Source: Chloroflexota bacterium
GTDB taxonomy: Bacteria > Chloroflexota > UBA11872 > VXNJ01
DNA length: 64,000 bases
Reading direction: 5' to 3'
Assembly: GCA_965261345.1 (NCBI GenBank)
Contig: OZ253449.1
Span: 1,312,001-1,376,000, forward strand
Shown here: positions 43,101 to 52,192 of the stretch, one piece after another
Position numbering within the stretch: the first letter of the stretch is position 1
How the letters are laid out: every line of letters starts with the position of its first letter
Position numbers and translations under genes: made by a program
The notes under the pieces: model-generated
What the model was told of the DNA's origin: nothing
Database searches by the model: none
What the model saw: the letters and a program-made list of their open reading frames with translations, nothing else

Positions 43101-45447
43101 GCCTGCCGTAAGTGCCATCCAACTCGGGGACAACCACTTGACTGACGAACGATCCATTGGAGGCGAATTGAAAGATGCGCAACGATTGCCCCCGGAGTGT
43201 GGCCACCGCAAATCGCCCATTCCACTCCTCCCAGTCGCTGCCGGCAAGGAAGGTGCCGCCGCTGGTTGCCAGGGTCGGATCTCCCGATGACCAATTGGCC
43301 TCGATCGCGTCAGGGAACTGCGCGAGGTCGGTCATGGGGACGCTTTGGTTGTAGCCGGGGATCGGGTGCCAGCCATAGTTCCCGCCCGCCACCAGCAGGT
43401 TGATCTCGTCGTCGACAGAAGGCCCGTGCTCGACCGACCAAACCTGGTTTGTCCCTGGTCGGACCGCCAGACCCTGCGGGTTGCGGTGGCCATAGGTGTA
43501 GATCCGTGTGCCAAACGGGTTACCCGGCGCGGCATCACCGGTGGCGGCGTTCACCCTGAGCACCTTGCCGCCGAGCGAGCCAAGGTCCTGCGGAACAGTC
43601 CCTGTAACGGCGTCGCCGGTTGCGATCCACAAGTAACCCTGCGGGCCAAAAAGCAGGCGGCAGCCGCTGTGGTTGGTAGCGGCCGGGATGCCGCCGACAA
43701 GCGGGTCATTTACACGCGTGGCCGACAGGTATTCCGAATCGATCGTCCAGGCGATGACCTGCACCTCGAACCCCGTTTGAACCTGGCAGGTGTAGATCCG
43801 CCGGTTTACGGTGAAATCGGGATCGATGACGATCGCCATCAGCCCGGCCTCACCGACCGAGTTCACATCGGAGAAATCGGCGCTTACCGTCTGGATGGTG
43901 CCATCCGTGAGGCGGCTGCTCAATTTGCCGTTCCGCTCGGTGAACAGCATAGTACCGTCAGGGACGAATGCTATGTCCCAGGGAATGGTCAACCCGGAGA
44001 TGAGTTCTACGACCGTGATCTCGGGCGCGAGTTCACCGTCGCCGACCATACGTCCCGATACGGCCTCGGCGGTCTTGCCTGAGCCCTCCGCATCCGTGTA
44101 ATCGGCGCGGGCCCGGATGTACGTCCCGACGTCGTCGCTTCCTGGCGTGTAGCTGGAACCACTCCCCGGCAAACCGGTCCAGATGGTTTGGTCGGTGGAC
44201 TTGGTCCACCGCCAGCTAACGGCGCGTTCGCCACCGTCCGGGTCGTCGAGCTTGGCGCTGAGCACCATTCCGACCCGGGGTTGAGCCGGCCACAGCGAAA
44301 TCACTCCCGGTTCGTCAGAGTTGCTGACGGTAATTGTGACCGCGATCTCGCCGGCTAGGCCGAAGGTATCCATTGCAATAACGGTCACTGAGAATTCGGA
44401 TCTGGTCTCGCGGTCAAGCACGGTTTCCGAGCGCAATTGGCCGCTGCCGGCATCAATCCCGAAGAGACCCGCATCGGGGCCGGCGAGGGAGTAGTTCAAG
44501 GTTTCGCCGTCCGGGTCCGTGGCCTCGACCGGGGCCCCGAACTCCGTCCCGCGACCGACGTTTTCATCAACGGTGCGGGCGCCGTCCTCAGTGTCCGGGA
44601 AGGTTGGGGCAATTGACCGCCGGGTGAACGTTAGCGCAGCGATCGGATCCGATGAGAACCTGCCGGTGCCGGAGATGTTTGTGATGGTGCCCTGCGGCGT
44701 GGTGGCGACGCTGGGATTGAGCGCAAAGTCTGTCCCGTCCTCGGTGCCGGCATCCCAGGGAAAGAGGTCCACCGCGCGCGAAGCAATCCAGCTATCTTGG
44801 TTGTCGAGCAAGCTCAGCCCGGAGACGCCGACGAACCAGTCGTGGCTCGGCGCGATCATCGTCGTCAGCGTTACCCGCGGGTGTACTTCGGTGACGGTGA
44901 CCAGGCTCAGCGTACGCGTGCCCGTTGGGCCGGTGTTGGTGGACCCATCTTGGAGGACGCTCAAGGCGGAGGGCGGAACGTTTGCTATCGCCGCCTGAAC
45001 CTCGCTGCGAAGGGCCGACGTCCCTCCGACTTCGGCCATGGATTCGATCCCGGGGCTGGCCGTCCCACCGGCCTCGAAAAAAGTGACCCCATCGTTGTGA
45101 ACCCCTCCGATCAAGGGCGAGAAATGCGCTCCGCCGGGCAACCCGCCCGGCGTGACGGCGCTCGTCCACTGCCCCTCAAATTTGATGTCGTAGATGGCCG
45201 ACGAAACAGATGTGACCGCCAATTGGCTCCCGGGCGAGGGCGGCGATTCGACGAGCACGGCCCGCCCAGCGGACATGCCTGCGGATCCGGTCGAAGGGTT
45301 CGTTGAAGCTGCAATTGGCGCCTGTGCCAGCACGAGACAGAGCAGCAACAAACAGGCGGCCAGGACCCATTTTGCCGCCCGGTGCCCCAACGGCCCCGAG
45401 GACGCCCTGGCCGACCGACCGTGCGTGCCCGAACCTACCCGGAGCAT
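40111..45447 (-). CDS. Large secreted surface protein: Spondin_N, cadherin/Ig-like repeats, PQQ-dependent sugar dehydrogenase (GSDH) propeller, Gly/Pro linker, C-terminal repeat domain
   Basis: Signal-like WVLAACLLLLCLVLAQA. Spondin motifs HFSPLIGGVH, MIAPSHDWFVG, WDAGTE; cadherin ATDPDG/LDFE/LDYE; GSDH PWDIAF, HSGCRL, GHRNPQGL, GRLR; C-terminal GG..RWGYPTSE..QFYQRG, repeated. Confidence 0.88.
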   Translation of the reverse strand: MLRVGSGTHGRSARASSGPLGHRAAKWVLAACLLLLCLVLAQAPIAASTNPSTGSAGMSAGRAVLVESPPSPGSQLAVTSVSSAIYDIKFEGQWTSAVTPGGLPGGAHFSPLIGGVHNDGVTFFEAGGTASPGIESMAEVGGTSALRSEVQAAIANVPPSALSVLQDGSTNTGPTGTRTLSLVTVTEVHPRVTLTTMIAPSHDWFVGVSGLSLLDNQDSWIASRAVDLFPWDAGTEDGTDFALNPSVATTPQGTITNISGTGRFSSDPIAALTFTRRSIAPTFPDTEDGARTVDENVGRGTEFGAPVEATDPDGETLNYSLAGPDAGLFGIDAGSGQLRSETVLDRETRSEFSVTVIAMDTFGLAGEIAVTITVSNSDEPGVISLWPAQPRVGMVLSAKLDDPDGGERAVSWRWTKSTDQTIWTGLPGSGSSYTPGSDDVGTYIRARADYTDAEGSGKTAEAVSGRMVGDGELAPEITVVELISGLTIPWDIAFVPDGTMLFTERNGKLSSRLTDGTIQTVSADFSDVNSVGEAGLMAIVIDPDFTVNRRIYTCQVQTGFEVQVIAWTIDSEYLSATRVNDPLVGGIPAATNHSGCRLLFGPQGYLWIATGDAVTGTVPQDLGSLGGKVLRVNAATGDAAPGNPFGTRIYTYGHRNPQGLAVRPGTNQVWSVEHGPSVDDEINLLVAGGNYGWHPIPGYNQSVPMTDLAQFPDAIEANWSSGDPTLATSGGTFLAGSDWEEWNGRFAVATLRGQSLRIFQFASNGSFVSQVVVPELDGTYGRLRTPLLGPDGALYITTSNGGGSDRILKVVPNRPPEFPSPSSAESVPENSSAATVIATVTATDPDGGPLTYSLSGRDAAYFNIADVRVGQVRANAALDFEATHSYEVVVTVADPYGLTDSVTLTISVTNVNEAPVIAGPPIVNYQENSTQAVATYTANDPENDSITWSVEGADGEKFEISDRGQLTFKASPDFEDPADANRDNAYGVTVIASDGEISGSRAVAVRVINLNETPVVGPPAAVSIREGDTREVANFDADDPEKIIVAWSLQGADRNAFVINGDGALRFAVTPNFENALDAGGDNEYLVVVGASDGPNTGTRTVTITVVNDEEAGTLNLSSLQPRIGIQLTAILDDPDGGVSGSTWSWDQSSDGRTWSGIGGAMGNTYTPADSDLNQFLRVRTAYSDSRGGGKSAEATSRYRTEVAPATNEDPVFSGGLPGLEVPENALSGAAVGPTITADDPDNDTLTYTLTAGDTDFFTIDHMTGQIRVGPNTHLDYETRSAYSITVTTNDPSNASSSTTAAIAVTDINEPPEAANDIASTLEDEEVSINVLANDRDPESATLTVTLRRAPQFGSAQVQQDNSITFDPEADYHGGVTFAYRVSDGVNFSTDASVAVTIQSVNDAPEFAAGSIDRTVAARPAAGTKAGPPVEALDRDGDTLTYRMFGPDAQFFDIDQYTGQITVADSIPPIELAETEYMVEITATDPSGASARVPVTLTATSDPAPPIRRGGGGGGGGGGRPPPEPELVVPTIDYRLKVLDHRFEIARGNPDLAHNIPELEITFANGQVRTADFLGHYLRAGGRTRWGYPTSEVLVLEDGTLTQFYQRGVVDFHNLGNGWIVERRLAWDYVGGGEGGAIDQGVEPSVLNPHPGTPLGPWGHKVSNLSVEGDEVGFADFFAKLGGVEAFGFPKSEARRDQDLIGRLRAPGTTAGFVRQYFQAAVVEFHPQGPGETVKLTLLGDILRGILVPDFAEHPPFARADRLVNDDEFTPYLVPHEI

Positions 45448-45744
45448 CGCATCTGGCCCCGTTGGCGATTTAGGCGGGCCAACGGCCTCAATTCACGCAA
45501 CCGTCGGCCGGACGGAATGATTGCACCCGGCCGCGCCGCCCTGCCCGGGCGGCCGGACAAGAACTTGGCGGGCCACCATCGGCTCACGGGGAGTCACAGT
45601 CAATTTCGTCGGCCCTTCGCCGTGGCCGAACCGCCCAAACAGGCAATTGCTTGGTAGCAGAACAAAAAGCCCCGGTCGGCCAGCGATTGGGCTTAGGGTG
45701 AATCAACGGCGGCGAAAGGCACGCAGCCCAGCGAGGTGGCGCCC

Positions 45745-47163
45745 ATGCTCAAAAAACCCAACATTCTGGTGGTAATGAGCGACCAGCATTCGCGCAGATA
45801 CGCTTCCTCCTACGGACACTCATTCGTCCGGACCCCCAACATGCAACGGCTAGCCGACGAGGGGGCCACCTTCGATAATGCCTACTGCAACTCACCGATC
45901 TGCGGGCCCTCGCGGGCCTCGTTTATGACCGGTCGGTACGTGCCGGACGTGGAAGCCTGGGACAACGCGACCGTTTTGCACAGCGACGAGCCAACCTGGG
46001 CGCATCTGCTCAACGCGGCCGGATATGACACCGTCCTGTCCGGCAAGATGCACTTCCAGGGGGCCGACCAGATGCACGGCTTCAAACACCGAGTTCTCTC
46101 TGATGTGCACGGAAACTCCAGCCCGGAACTTGCGGCCAATTGGGCCGAGTGGCTTCCCGAAACTGCCGCGGCCGACATGACCATGTTCACCGAGGTCGGT
46201 CCGGGCGAACACCCCTACTCGGCCTATGACGAAGTTGCCAGCGCGCACGCTAGTACCTACATACGCGCGCAGAGGAACGCCGACCGCCCTTGGGCGCTGC
46301 TGGTGGGCCTGATCACCCCGCACTACCCGTTCGTGGTCAGGCCCAAGTACTGGGACATTTACTATCCAGAGCACGCCGACTTGCCCGACGTGCCGGCCCA
46401 TATGGACGATGTCCATCCGCACAAGCGGCGGCTGGCCGAATGGTTCTCCTTTACCGATGTTCCCGACGATCTTGCGGCCCGGGCGCGGGCCGGCTATTAC
46501 GGCCTGATTACCTACACCGATGACTGCCTTGGGTCAATACTGGAAGCCATCGACGAATCCGGTCAGGCTGATGAGACGGTTGTGGTTTACACATCCGACC
46601 ACGGCGAGGGTGCCGGCGAGCACGGCATGTGGAACAAACACACTTTTTACGAGAACTCCGTTGGCGTGCCGCTGCAGATCCGCTGGCCCGGCCGAATACC
46701 ACCCGGCGCCCGCGTGGCCCAACCGGTATCACTGGTCGACCTGACCAAGACGATCATCGACGCCGCAGGGGCCAAAGCTCCTCAAAGTTGGGCGGGCGAG
46801 AGCCTGCTGCCGCTGGCCACCGGCCAGGCCGAAGGGAGCGACGGACTGGTCATTTCCGACTTTCTGGCCGACGGCAGCTGGTCGGCGTGCCGCATGGTAC
46901 GCGCAGGCAATCTCAAGTACAACTACTACCACGGAGAGCCGGAAGAGCTATTTGATTTGGCAACCGATCCGACCGAATTAACCGATCAAAGTTCGAACCC
47001 GTCCTATACCCAGTTGCTGCATGATCTGCGGGCCAAGGCCATGGTCGGCTACGACCCCGAAGAAGTAACCGCTCGGGTTTTGCTCTCGCAAAAGAAGCGC
47101 AAATTGGTTCGCGCTGGTTACGCGTTTGGCGGCAGCGGACCATGGGTTCCAGGGAGGCCTTAA
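45745..47163 (+). CDS. Sulfatase (choline-sulfatase-like)
   Basis: PNILVVMSDQH, CGPSRAS (CxPxR), GKMH, TSDHGE, KHTFYE. Confidence 0.92.
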   Translation: MLKKPNILVVMSDQHSRRYASSYGHSFVRTPNMQRLADEGATFDNAYCNSPICGPSRASFMTGRYVPDVEAWDNATVLHSDEPTWAHLLNAAGYDTVLSGKMHFQGADQMHGFKHRVLSDVHGNSSPELAANWAEWLPETAAADMTMFTEVGPGEHPYSAYDEVASAHASTYIRAQRNADRPWALLVGLITPHYPFVVRPKYWDIYYPEHADLPDVPAHMDDVHPHKRRLAEWFSFTDVPDDLAARARAGYYGLITYTDDCLGSILEAIDESGQADETVVVYTSDHGEGAGEHGMWNKHTFYENSVGVPLQIRWPGRIPPGARVAQPVSLVDLTKTIIDAAGAKAPQSWAGESLLPLATGQAEGSDGLVISDFLADGSWSACRMVRAGNLKYNYYHGEPEELFDLATDPTELTDQSSNPSYTQLLHDLRAKAMVGYDPEEVTARVLLSQKKRKLVRAGYAFGGSGPWVPGRP

Positions 47164-47389
47164 CTTCGACCTTGCAATTGCGGAGATTTCTCCGGCGGCA
47201 TAGCAGAGTTGTGGCAACTTCGAGTCCGACCGGTACGGGGCAAGGCAGAGGCGAGTAGACCGCAGTGAGACTGTCATAGTCGCGGTATCTACGGTTGTCA
47301 TCGCAAAAGAAGCGATGGTGCCGCAACCACGCGATTGACAATCTCTAACGCGGTACGTGCATTAACCACAATGACCAGAGGTAATTTCG

Positions 47390-48790
47390 TTGAAGGCTGA
47401 GGAGATCACAACGCGCGGGATGTTGAATGTCGAGGAGTTGCGGACGGCGGTCGAAGCAGGCTCGATCGACACCGTGATCCTGGCGTTTCCGGATTTATAC
47501 GGAAAGATGCTGGGGAAGCGATTGGACGCTTCTTTCTTCCTGTCGGACGTGGCGGGTGGCACCCACGTTTGTGACTATCTCTTCACGGTGGACATGGAGA
47601 TGGAGCCAGTTCCGGGATACGAGTTCTCGAGCTGGGACAGCGGTTACGGGGATATTCATCTGGCGCCGAATCTGGGTACGATGCGCAAGCTGGCTTGGCT
47701 CGACCGGACCGCCCTTGTGATCTGCGACGCACAAGCCGAACCGGGGCACGACCCGGTGGCGGTGGCGCCGCGCTCCATGCTGCGCAGGCAAATAGAGCGT
47801 TTGCATGCGCTGGGCTTCGGCGCGATGGCGGGTTCAGAGCTGGAGTATTACCAGTTTCGGACGACTTACTTGGAGGGGGCGCGGAACGGGTATCGCGATC
47901 TGCGCGAGAGCGGGTGGTACATCGAGGACTACCATCTGCTCCCGGGAACGCGGACGGAGGACCTTAACGGGGCGTTTCGTCGCCACCTTGCAGCGTCGGG
48001 AATCCCTGTCGAATCGACCAAGGGCGAGTGCGGCCGAGGCCAGCACGAATTGAACATCCGCTATGCTCCGGTGCTGGAGATGGCCGACCGGCATATGTTG
48101 CTAAAACAAGCGGTAAAAGAGATTTCGGACCAACTTGGCGCCAGCGCCACCTTCATGGCGAAGCCAGACGCGAACCAGGCCGGATCGAGTTCCCATCTGC
48201 ACGTGAGTCTGTGGGCGGATAAGGATGGAGAACTAACGAATGCATTTTCGGGGCAGGAGGATCTGGCTGGGGTCGCGTGCTCGGACGAATTTCGCTGGTT
48301 CCTGGGCGGGCTGATGCGATATGTGCCAGAGTTCATGGTTTTCTATGCTCCGACGGTGAATTCGTACAAGCGATTTCAGCCGGGGAGCTGGGCCCCGACG
48401 GCGTTGGCGTGGTCGCCGGACAACCGCACCGCCGGTATCCGGGTCGTAGGCAGTGGGTCGACGCTGCGGATCGAGTGCCGGATTCCAGGAGCCGACGTCA
48501 ATCCTTATCTCGCCTACTCAGCGGTTCTCGCATCGGGCATGGCCGGCATCGAAGGGCGAATCGAGCCGCCGCCAGCGTACCTCGGAGATGTCTATTCGGC
48601 TCCAGACGAGATGCTGCTGCCGAGGAATCTGGAGGAGGCAATCGAGGCCTTTTTGAGCAGCGAGCTGGGGCGTTCGGCGTTCGGCGCGGACGTTATGGCT
48701 CATTACGTGCATTTCTTCTCCACGGAGGCGGGCGCTTTCAGGCGCGCGGTGACGGATTGGGAGCGTATTCGCTACTTCGAACGGATCTAG
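47390..48790 (+). CDS. Glutamine synthetase-family gamma-glutamyl ligase (PuuA/GlnA-like)
   Basis: GSELEYY, GQHELN, ATFMAKP, HLHVSL, NSYKRF, DNRT, RIECRIPGADVNPY. Confidence 0.92.
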   Translation: MKAEEITTRGMLNVEELRTAVEAGSIDTVILAFPDLYGKMLGKRLDASFFLSDVAGGTHVCDYLFTVDMEMEPVPGYEFSSWDSGYGDIHLAPNLGTMRKLAWLDRTALVICDAQAEPGHDPVAVAPRSMLRRQIERLHALGFGAMAGSELEYYQFRTTYLEGARNGYRDLRESGWYIEDYHLLPGTRTEDLNGAFRRHLAASGIPVESTKGECGRGQHELNIRYAPVLEMADRHMLLKQAVKEISDQLGASATFMAKPDANQAGSSSHLHVSLWADKDGELTNAFSGQEDLAGVACSDEFRWFLGGLMRYVPEFMVFYAPTVNSYKRFQPGSWAPTALAWSPDNRTAGIRVVGSGSTLRIECRIPGADVNPYLAYSAVLASGMAGIEGRIEPPPAYLGDVYSAPDEMLLPRNLEEAIEAFLSSELGRSAFGADVMAHYVHFFSTEAGAFRRAVTDWERIRYFERI

Positions 48791-49114
48791 TGAACGCAGA
48801 TTTAGAGTTGCCAACCCTGTTGCCTGCATCTCTGGACGCGGTCTTCACACTCGGTTCCAGCCTCTCGCACACACGGATGCGTCATCTCCTTGACAACTAT
48901 CCGCCTGATCGGGCCGGCCACCGGGACCGGCAAGCGGCCATCGCCGAATCGGCTTCAATTGCCGCAGGTGTTTAAGCTAGCAAACCTCTCCGCTAACTTC
49001 GCCCCTGACCGGTCTCTCTCTTTCGGAGAAACGATGTTTGCCACATCCCGATCAGCGCGGAGGGACAGGACGCACCTTGCGGGTTTGAAACAATGAAATT
49101 ACGTGTCCGGCCTA

Positions 49115-49689
49115 TTAATCACGTAATCCTTTGCCATCGAAGATTTTGCGCCGGTTCTTCTCGATGCGTCCCGCCCGTGTCTTTGATTGTTTGGCATCGG
49201 CGAAATGCTAGATGTAGCCGCGTTGCCGTCCGGGTGTCAACCTCTCAAACGCGGCTTTGAAATCTGGGTCATTGCCAAACGTATCGATAAGTTCTTCCGG
49301 GTATTCGATCTCTGCTGCTTCACGTTGCTCTAGCTCTAGGCCTGCTTTTTCGGCTTCGATTGCCTCGTGGACATAGGCTTTGTGCTTTTTTTAATCCTTC
49401 TAACGTCCTGAGCACTGGTGAAGCGCATCCGGTATCCGACACGCGAATTGGGCCCCGGCCGCTCGAGCATGCCGGCCGGATCTTTTAGCAACCCGCCCTT
49501 GAAGAACAAGAGTGCGAGGAAGTCTTTGAAACGCTGAATGATGCAAATGTTTTTGCCGTTATCGGTGTAGCAGGGCTTTCCCCACTTCTGCTCTTCGACC
49601 AAGCCGCATTCCAAAAGGATCCCTCGCAGTTCATCCGCTTCTTGCCGCCAAAGCTCGGCGAATCTATCGACCTCGGGACTTTTGGCCAT
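49115..49689 (-). pseudogene. YdeI/OmpD-associated (DUF1801) protein, frameshifted
   Basis: KWGKPCY, LFFKGGLLKDP; frameshift at the A7 run near 49390; downstream LTPGRQRGYI(stop)HF...KIFDGKGLRD. Confidence 0.8.
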
Positions 49690-49978
49690 CAATTCAATTC
49701 GCGTTTACGGGCGATCTGTTCAAAGCGAGAAATTGCGCATTGCATGGGCTGTGCAAGAGTGTGGCGGGAGCATACCGGCGGATTGTTCCCCGGCGGCAAG
49801 ATCGGTCCGGAGTCATGTCGCCCCGGTCGGCCGCCGAATCGTCTCAACGCGTCAAACAATTTCGCGCGGTGCCTGAGATGCGTGCGTTGCGACGCAGATT
49901 GGTAGGTGGGATTTGGCGACGGCAAACGATCGGGTCAAGCCCCGGGGCATTGAACAGAACCATTCCTCGAATTAACAG

Positions 49979-51520
49979 TCAAGCGTAATCAGCGCCGGTG
50001 AGGCTTCTTAGGACAGATTCCTGCCAGCGCCGAAGATCTGCAGCCAATCGGTCGACCGTATCTGGTTCATCGCCAGCGATATTGTTCTGCTCGGCCTGAT
50101 CGGTGCGCATATTAAATAGCTCATGGCCGGCATTGGCTGCGCCGTCGACAACGAGCTTGTATCCCGGTTCAAGGACTGCCCGTGGCCCGGCAAAGTCACG
50201 CGCTGCGATGTGCGGGTGATGGAAGTTTTCAAAATTGCGCGTGAAACGACCCTCCATTGATTTGACCAGTGGAGTGGTGCCGATCTGCAGGCCGGGATCG
50301 ATATAGGGCACCGCATCCTTAGCCACCTCGCCAGCAAAGTGCCAGAAATGGATGGGCTCGGGCCGCTCGTCCCATTCCCCATCAAATGCCGGTACCAGGC
50401 TGATGCCGTCAAGCGGCCGGCCGGCCGGTTCCAAGCCGGTCAGATCGCACAGCGTCGGTAACATGTCGCTGGTTACGCCCTGCACCGAAATATGGCGGGA
50501 GCGCTCGAACCGACCGGGCCATTCGAGGACGGCAGGTACGCGCACGCCGCCTTCGTATACGAGGCCCTTCTGGCCCCGCAACGGGGAGGCCAACCGGCTC
50601 TCCACGGGTGCCCCGTTGTCCCCGCAGTACCAGAGCAGGGTCTGATCGCTCACACCTTCTTTGGTAAGGAATTGCCGCAAATTCCCGATGGCCCTGTCCA
50701 TGGCCGTGATCTCGGCAAACCGCGCCCGCAGCACCCGGTCTAGGCGCATCTCTTCAGGTCGACCGGTCTCGTGCGAGGTGATCCGGGCGGATTGGCCTTG
50801 CAGCAACTGCGGCAGATCGTTGTAGAGAGCCAAGTCGGAATCGAGCCCGCTGTAGGGTTCGTGCGGCGAACCAAACCAGATGACTACGAAGAATGGGCGC
50901 CCAAGCGCCCGTGCACTCGAAATAAAGCGATTCGCCGCATCGACGATAACCTCGGAGCTTTCGCCTTGATGGATCTGCGGCGGCCCGCCGTTGTGCGAAA
51001 GCGGTGGATCCAGCTCGAAGAAGTTGTCATGCGAGAGCCACTCGTCGAATCCCATCGCCCCCGGATTGGTAGGCGATTCGGCCTTGACGGGACCCAGATG
51101 CCACTTGCCGAAGTGCCCGCAGGCGTAGCCGGCCCGACGCAGGATCTGAGCCAAGGTGACTTCTTCGGGTCGGATCGACCAGTTTGGTGCAAACGTGCCG
51201 CAGCGATTTGGATGGCGGCCGGTCATCACGCTCGCCCGGGTCGGCGAGCAAAGCGGGGCAGCCGAGTAGAAGCGGTCCAAACGCAACCCGGAACCAGCCA
51301 TCTCGTCCAGGACCGGGGTGAGAACGTGGGGATGACCGCTGTATCCGGTTTCGTGCCAGCCATGATCGTCGCCCATGAGCAGCACGATGTTCGGCGCTTG
51401 CGACGAGAGTTGGAGATTTGCCACCAAAGGCTCGGGGTCCGTTTTCGAGGCAGCGGCAGCCGGGGTCGGTGAGTTGATCGCCAGCGGGACGTGAGGAGGG
51501 GTGGCCATTGATTCGGGCAT
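49979..51520 (-). CDS. Arylsulfatase-family sulfatase (start uncertain)
   Basis: PNIVLLMGDDHGW, CSPTRAS, GKWHLG, GDNG, YEGGVRVP. Confidence 0.88.
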   Translation of the reverse strand: MPESMATPPHVPLAINSPTPAAAASKTDPEPLVANLQLSSQAPNIVLLMGDDHGWHETGYSGHPHVLTPVLDEMAGSGLRLDRFYSAAPLCSPTRASVMTGRHPNRCGTFAPNWSIRPEEVTLAQILRRAGYACGHFGKWHLGPVKAESPTNPGAMGFDEWLSHDNFFELDPPLSHNGGPPQIHQGESSEVIVDAANRFISSARALGRPFFVVIWFGSPHEPYSGLDSDLALYNDLPQLLQGQSARITSHETGRPEEMRLDRVLRARFAEITAMDRAIGNLRQFLTKEGVSDQTLLWYCGDNGAPVESRLASPLRGQKGLVYEGGVRVPAVLEWPGRFERSRHISVQGVTSDMLPTLCDLTGLEPAGRPLDGISLVPAFDGEWDERPEPIHFWHFAGEVAKDAVPYIDPGLQIGTTPLVKSMEGRFTRNFENFHHPHIAARDFAGPRAVLEPGYKLVVDGAANAGHELFNMRTDQAEQNNIAGDEPDTVDRLAADLRRWQESVLRSLTGADYA

Positions 51521-52192
51521 CGGTTCTAAGGGATGGGTAGTTGCGTTAAGCGAGTTCGGGCGCGGGACGGCACGAAAGTTGTCTCCGCCAGAACATTTGA
51601 ACCGACCAGCTGGATTCGCCTTGAATGCCTCCGGATCAAGGAAGGCTCCCGGTGGGCATCGGGAAGAAACCACATGCGGGTAAGTCGACTGTGCGTTTCT
51701 TCGACACATTACCTGGCTCCCATCAACGATAGAACCGGCCACAGCGCGATTTCGGTTGGGCCCAGACTCCTTCGCCTGCGACGGTTCGCAACGCCTAGAT
51801 CCATTCCCGCCAGTTTGCCACCAGGCGGATGTGACGCGGCAATCTGACCACCGAGGTGTTGGCGTCCTGCCCGTGCAGGTGAACTGTAAAACCCATTCCG
51901 GCGGCGGTCCGTCAAGCGCGAACGATGTCTGCCACGTACAAATTTCGGTTGCCACATTTTTGGCGGCCTTGGAAAGATTGAAGTTTTCGGATAGTGTGGC
52001 GGTGATCGGCAAGAAGATCAAGAACGACTCAGGCGGTGGCCAGAATAAGGACTAGCTTCAAGGGGCAGGTGCCCAGGGAATCCGGGTTCGAGGATCCTAA
52101 AGGTGGTGACTTGGCTCCCCGGGCAATAGCCAACCCTTCCCCGAACAACCGATCTCGCCCGCTCCCAAAGGCGCCGACAGGAGGAATCCGAC

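Noticed and set aside
51521-52021. N-terminal extension of the 680-aa sulfatase ORF
   Set aside because: Composition is not protein-like and sulfatase homology starts much later; probably an over-extended start.
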